Assembly: GCA_964016885.1 (NCBI GenBank)
Contig: OZ024741.1
Span: 143,096,001 to 143,160,000, forward strand
Direction of reading: 5' to 3'
DNA length: 64,000 nucleotides
Origin: Eledone cirrhosa
Lineage: Eukaryota
Below, piece by piece: positions 61,743 to 64,000 of the stretch; the stretch's first letter is position 1; each line of letters starts with the position of its first letter. Below the pieces are notes generated by a model, which was given only the letters and a program-made list of their open reading frames with translations, ran no database searches and was not told the origin of the DNA. A program made the position numbers and the translations under genes.

Positions 61743-62963
61743 GTGTTCAGGATTGCCAGGCAATGTGTCAAGGAAAACCGTGATATTGTCGGGGAGAAGT
61801 GTGTACTTAACGATGATGGCATACTTGCCATCACCGACGCTAATAAGAAGGTAGCTTGGAAGTGTCACTATGAAAGGCTTCTAAATGAGGAGAACAAATG
61901 GGAGAAAGACAGTCTCCCCCACATCGACCCAATAGAGGGACCAGCAGTGTTAGTCCAGGGTAGTACAATAAGCAAGGCAATCAAAGATATGAAGACGGGT
62001 AAGGCGGCTGGTCCTTCGGAAATAGTTGCTGAGATGCTGAAGGCATCTGGTTCGGTGGGACACACCATGGTCACCCGGATAGTTAACCAAGTCGTACAGA
62101 ATGGGGTTGTTCCGAAGGACTGGCGTAGCAGCATCATCGTTAACTGCTATAAGGGAAAAGGAGATGCCCTAGATAGAAGTAACTATAGAGGCATTAAATT
62201 AATCGACCAGGTCATGAAGGTCACGGAAAAAGTAATAGCGCAACTAATCAGAGAGAGAATTGATCTAGATGAAATGCAGTTCGGGTTTGTGTCAGGCAAA
62301 AGTACCACAGACGCTCTTTTCATTGTACAACAACTACAGGAGAAGTACCTAGCTAAAAGTAAACCCCTATACTTAGCTTTCGTCGACTTGGAGAAAGCCT
62401 TCGACAGAGTCCCCCGTTCCATTATCTGGTGGTCTCTTAGAAAACTAGGTGTTGACGAATGGCTTGTGAGAGCTATACAAGCCATGTATAAAGAAACAGT
62501 CAGTAAGGTTAGAATTAACAACGAATATAGTGAAGAGTTTAGCGTAAAAGTTGGTGTCCATCAGGGCTCTGTTCTTAGCCCCCTACTATTTATTATTGCC
62601 CTTCAGGCTATAACAGAGGAGTTCAAGACTGGCTGCCCATGGGAACTCCTATACGCAGATGATCTAACGCTCATAGCTGAATCAATGACCGAACTAGAGA
62701 AGAAATTCCAAACATGGAAGCACGGCCTAGAATCAAAAGGCCTTAAAATTAACCTGGCTAAGACTAAAGTTCTAGTTTGTAGGAAAGAAAATAAGGCGGC
62801 AGTCCCATCTGGGAAATGGCCATGCTCAGTGTGTAGGAAAGGCGTAGGTAGAAACTCCATTTTATGTCCCAAATGCAAAGTATGGGTGCATAAAAGATGT
62901 AGTGGGATCACAGGTAAGCTAAGAACAAAGATTTTACATGTGGCCGGTGCTCTGGTGCAATAA
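61743..62963 (+). CDS. RTE non-LTR retrotransposon reverse transcriptase (5'-truncated; frameshift near 62915-62930)
   Basis: KAAGPS, NYRGIKL, QFGF, AFVDLEKAFDRV, GVHQGSVLSPLLF, YADD, KTKVL, then a Cys-rich insertion. Confidence 0.9.
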   Translation: MFRIARQCVKENRDIVGEKCVLNDDGILAITDANKKVAWKCHYERLLNEENKWEKDSLPHIDPIEGPAVLVQGSTISKAIKDMKTGKAAGPSEIVAEMLKASGSVGHTMVTRIVNQVVQNGVVPKDWRSSIIVNCYKGKGDALDRSNYRGIKLIDQVMKVTEKVIAQLIRERIDLDEMQFGFVSGKSTTDALFIVQQLQEKYLAKSKPLYLAFVDLEKAFDRVPRSIIWWSLRKLGVDEWLVRAIQAMYKETVSKVRINNEYSEEFSVKVGVHQGSVLSPLLFIIALQAITEEFKTGCPWELLYADDLTLIAESMTELEKKFQTWKHGLESKGLKINLAKTKVLVCRKENKAAVPSGKWPCSVCRKGVGRNSILCPKCKVWVHKRCSGITGKLRTKILHVAGALVQ

Positions 62964-63025
62964 GTAGCAGCAAGTGCTCACAAAATACTAGCTCCTTCAA
63001 CTGCGCAGAGGGTTCTATAGAAATA

Positions 63026-63604
63026 GTGGACAGCTTCCGTTACCTGGGTGACAAAATCAGCAGTGGGGGAGGGTGCTCTGAAAGTACAGTAGCTAGAGTC
63101 AGAACTGGATGGAAAAAGTTCAGAGAGCTTATACCACTATTAGCCGCTAGAGGGTTCTCCCTAAAAATGAATGGCAGGTTATACGATGCCTGCATACGAA
63201 CAGCAATGCTGCATGGCAGTGAGACCTGGGCATTGTGTGCAGAGGATATACGCAGACTAGAGAGGAACGAAGCTTGCATGCTCCGCTGGATGTGCAATAG
63301 TAATATATGTGAACGGCAAAGCATAAACGAACTAAGGAAAAAATTAGAAATAAGAGGGATCAGATGTTGTTTACTCGAGAGAAGGCTACGTTGGTACGGT
63401 CACGTGATGCGCATGAAAGACGACAGCTGTATAACAAAGTGCAGGGCAATAAAGATAGATGGTAGCCACGGAGTAGGCAGACCCAGAAAAACATGGGACG
63501 AGCTGATAAATTCCGACCTCACACGCTTACACCTCTCCAAGACAATGTCACTGGACCGAGACCTTTGGCGGTACTCAGTAATAGAGAAGACCCGCCTTAC
63601 CTAA
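63026..63604 (+). CDS. C-terminal part of the same RTE ORF (RT domain 7, thumb, RTE C-terminus)
   Basis: FRYLG, MLHGSETW, RRLRWYGHVMR, GRPRKTW, DRDLWR; frame is open upstream to the frameshift. Confidence 0.88.
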   Translation: MDSFRYLGDKISSGGGCSESTVARVRTGWKKFRELIPLLAARGFSLKMNGRLYDACIRTAMLHGSETWALCAEDIRRLERNEACMLRWMCNSNICERQSINELRKKLEIRGIRCCLLERRLRWYGHVMRMKDDSCITKCRAIKIDGSHGVGRPRKTWDELINSDLTRLHLSKTMSLDRDLWRYSVIEKTRLT

Positions 63605-63760
63605 ATACAAAGTAAAAACCTACTACAGTCAGTAGGCATCTCTATCAAAACACACCCCCGTCCCACCCACACCGCCCCTTTCAATGTAAAGTTATGTTGG
63701 TCCCACAACATCCAGGCCGAAACAAATGAGATCGTGTAGGTGTCACGACAAAAAAACACA

Positions 63761-63986
63761 CAGTCCACGCTGTAAATGTGGCCGTGTAGGCAACACGGTA
63801 AAAACCTCCCAGCCCCACACTGTAAATGTGGTTGGTGTTAGGAAGGGCATCCAGCTGTAGAAAACCCGCCAGACAGTCCACGCTGTAAATGTGGCCGTGT
63901 AGGCAACACGGTAAAAACCTCCCAGCCCCACACTGTAAATGTGGTTGGTGTTAGGAAGGGCATCCAACTGTAGAAAACCCGCCAGA
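63761..63986 (+). repeat. 113-bp tandem duplication in the RTE 3'UTR
   Basis: 'cagtccacgctgtaaatgtggccg...cccgccaga' starts at 63761 and 63874; single in the 23.7-kb copy. Confidence 0.93.
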
Positions 63987-64000
63987 CAGTCCTATGCGAG

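Larger units (their letters stand above)
61679..64000 (+). mobile_element. Young 5'-truncated RTE LINE (runs off the window end)
   Basis: RT ORFs plus 3'UTR; begins directly after a (TA)n tract. Confidence 0.97.

Overview
AT-rich, repeat-saturated eukaryotic (animal) genomic DNA. The repeat complement and long (TA)n/(CA)n tracts fit an octopus-like cephalopod (inference). No host protein-coding gene can be supported, apart from one candidate 26-nt micro-exon. Most of the recognisable sequence is transposon-derived. Retrotransposons: RTE-clade LINEs (two young 5'-truncated copies at 22.3-24.0 kb and 61.7-64.0 kb plus many old ones), two tRNA-derived SINE families, R4/Dong, CR1 and Tx1/L1 fragments, and several Penelope-like (PLE) pieces including a Naiad-like GIY-YIG fragment. 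DNA transposons: two piggyBac fossils (one complete with TIRs and TTAA) with their MITEs, two mariners and hAT elements. The most unusual signal is a recurring class of short (150-460 bp) fold-back elements embedded in (TA)n tracts that carry hammerhead-ribozyme motifs, in one case on both strands. Also notable: a PHD-type finger inserted inside the RTE reverse transcriptase, a 4-bp frameshift shared by both young RTE copies, and an apparently internally deleted (bipartite) RTE derivative with a C2H2-finger 3' end and a ~720-bp TA-rich tail. All calls come from manual reading, so boundaries of old elements are approximate.
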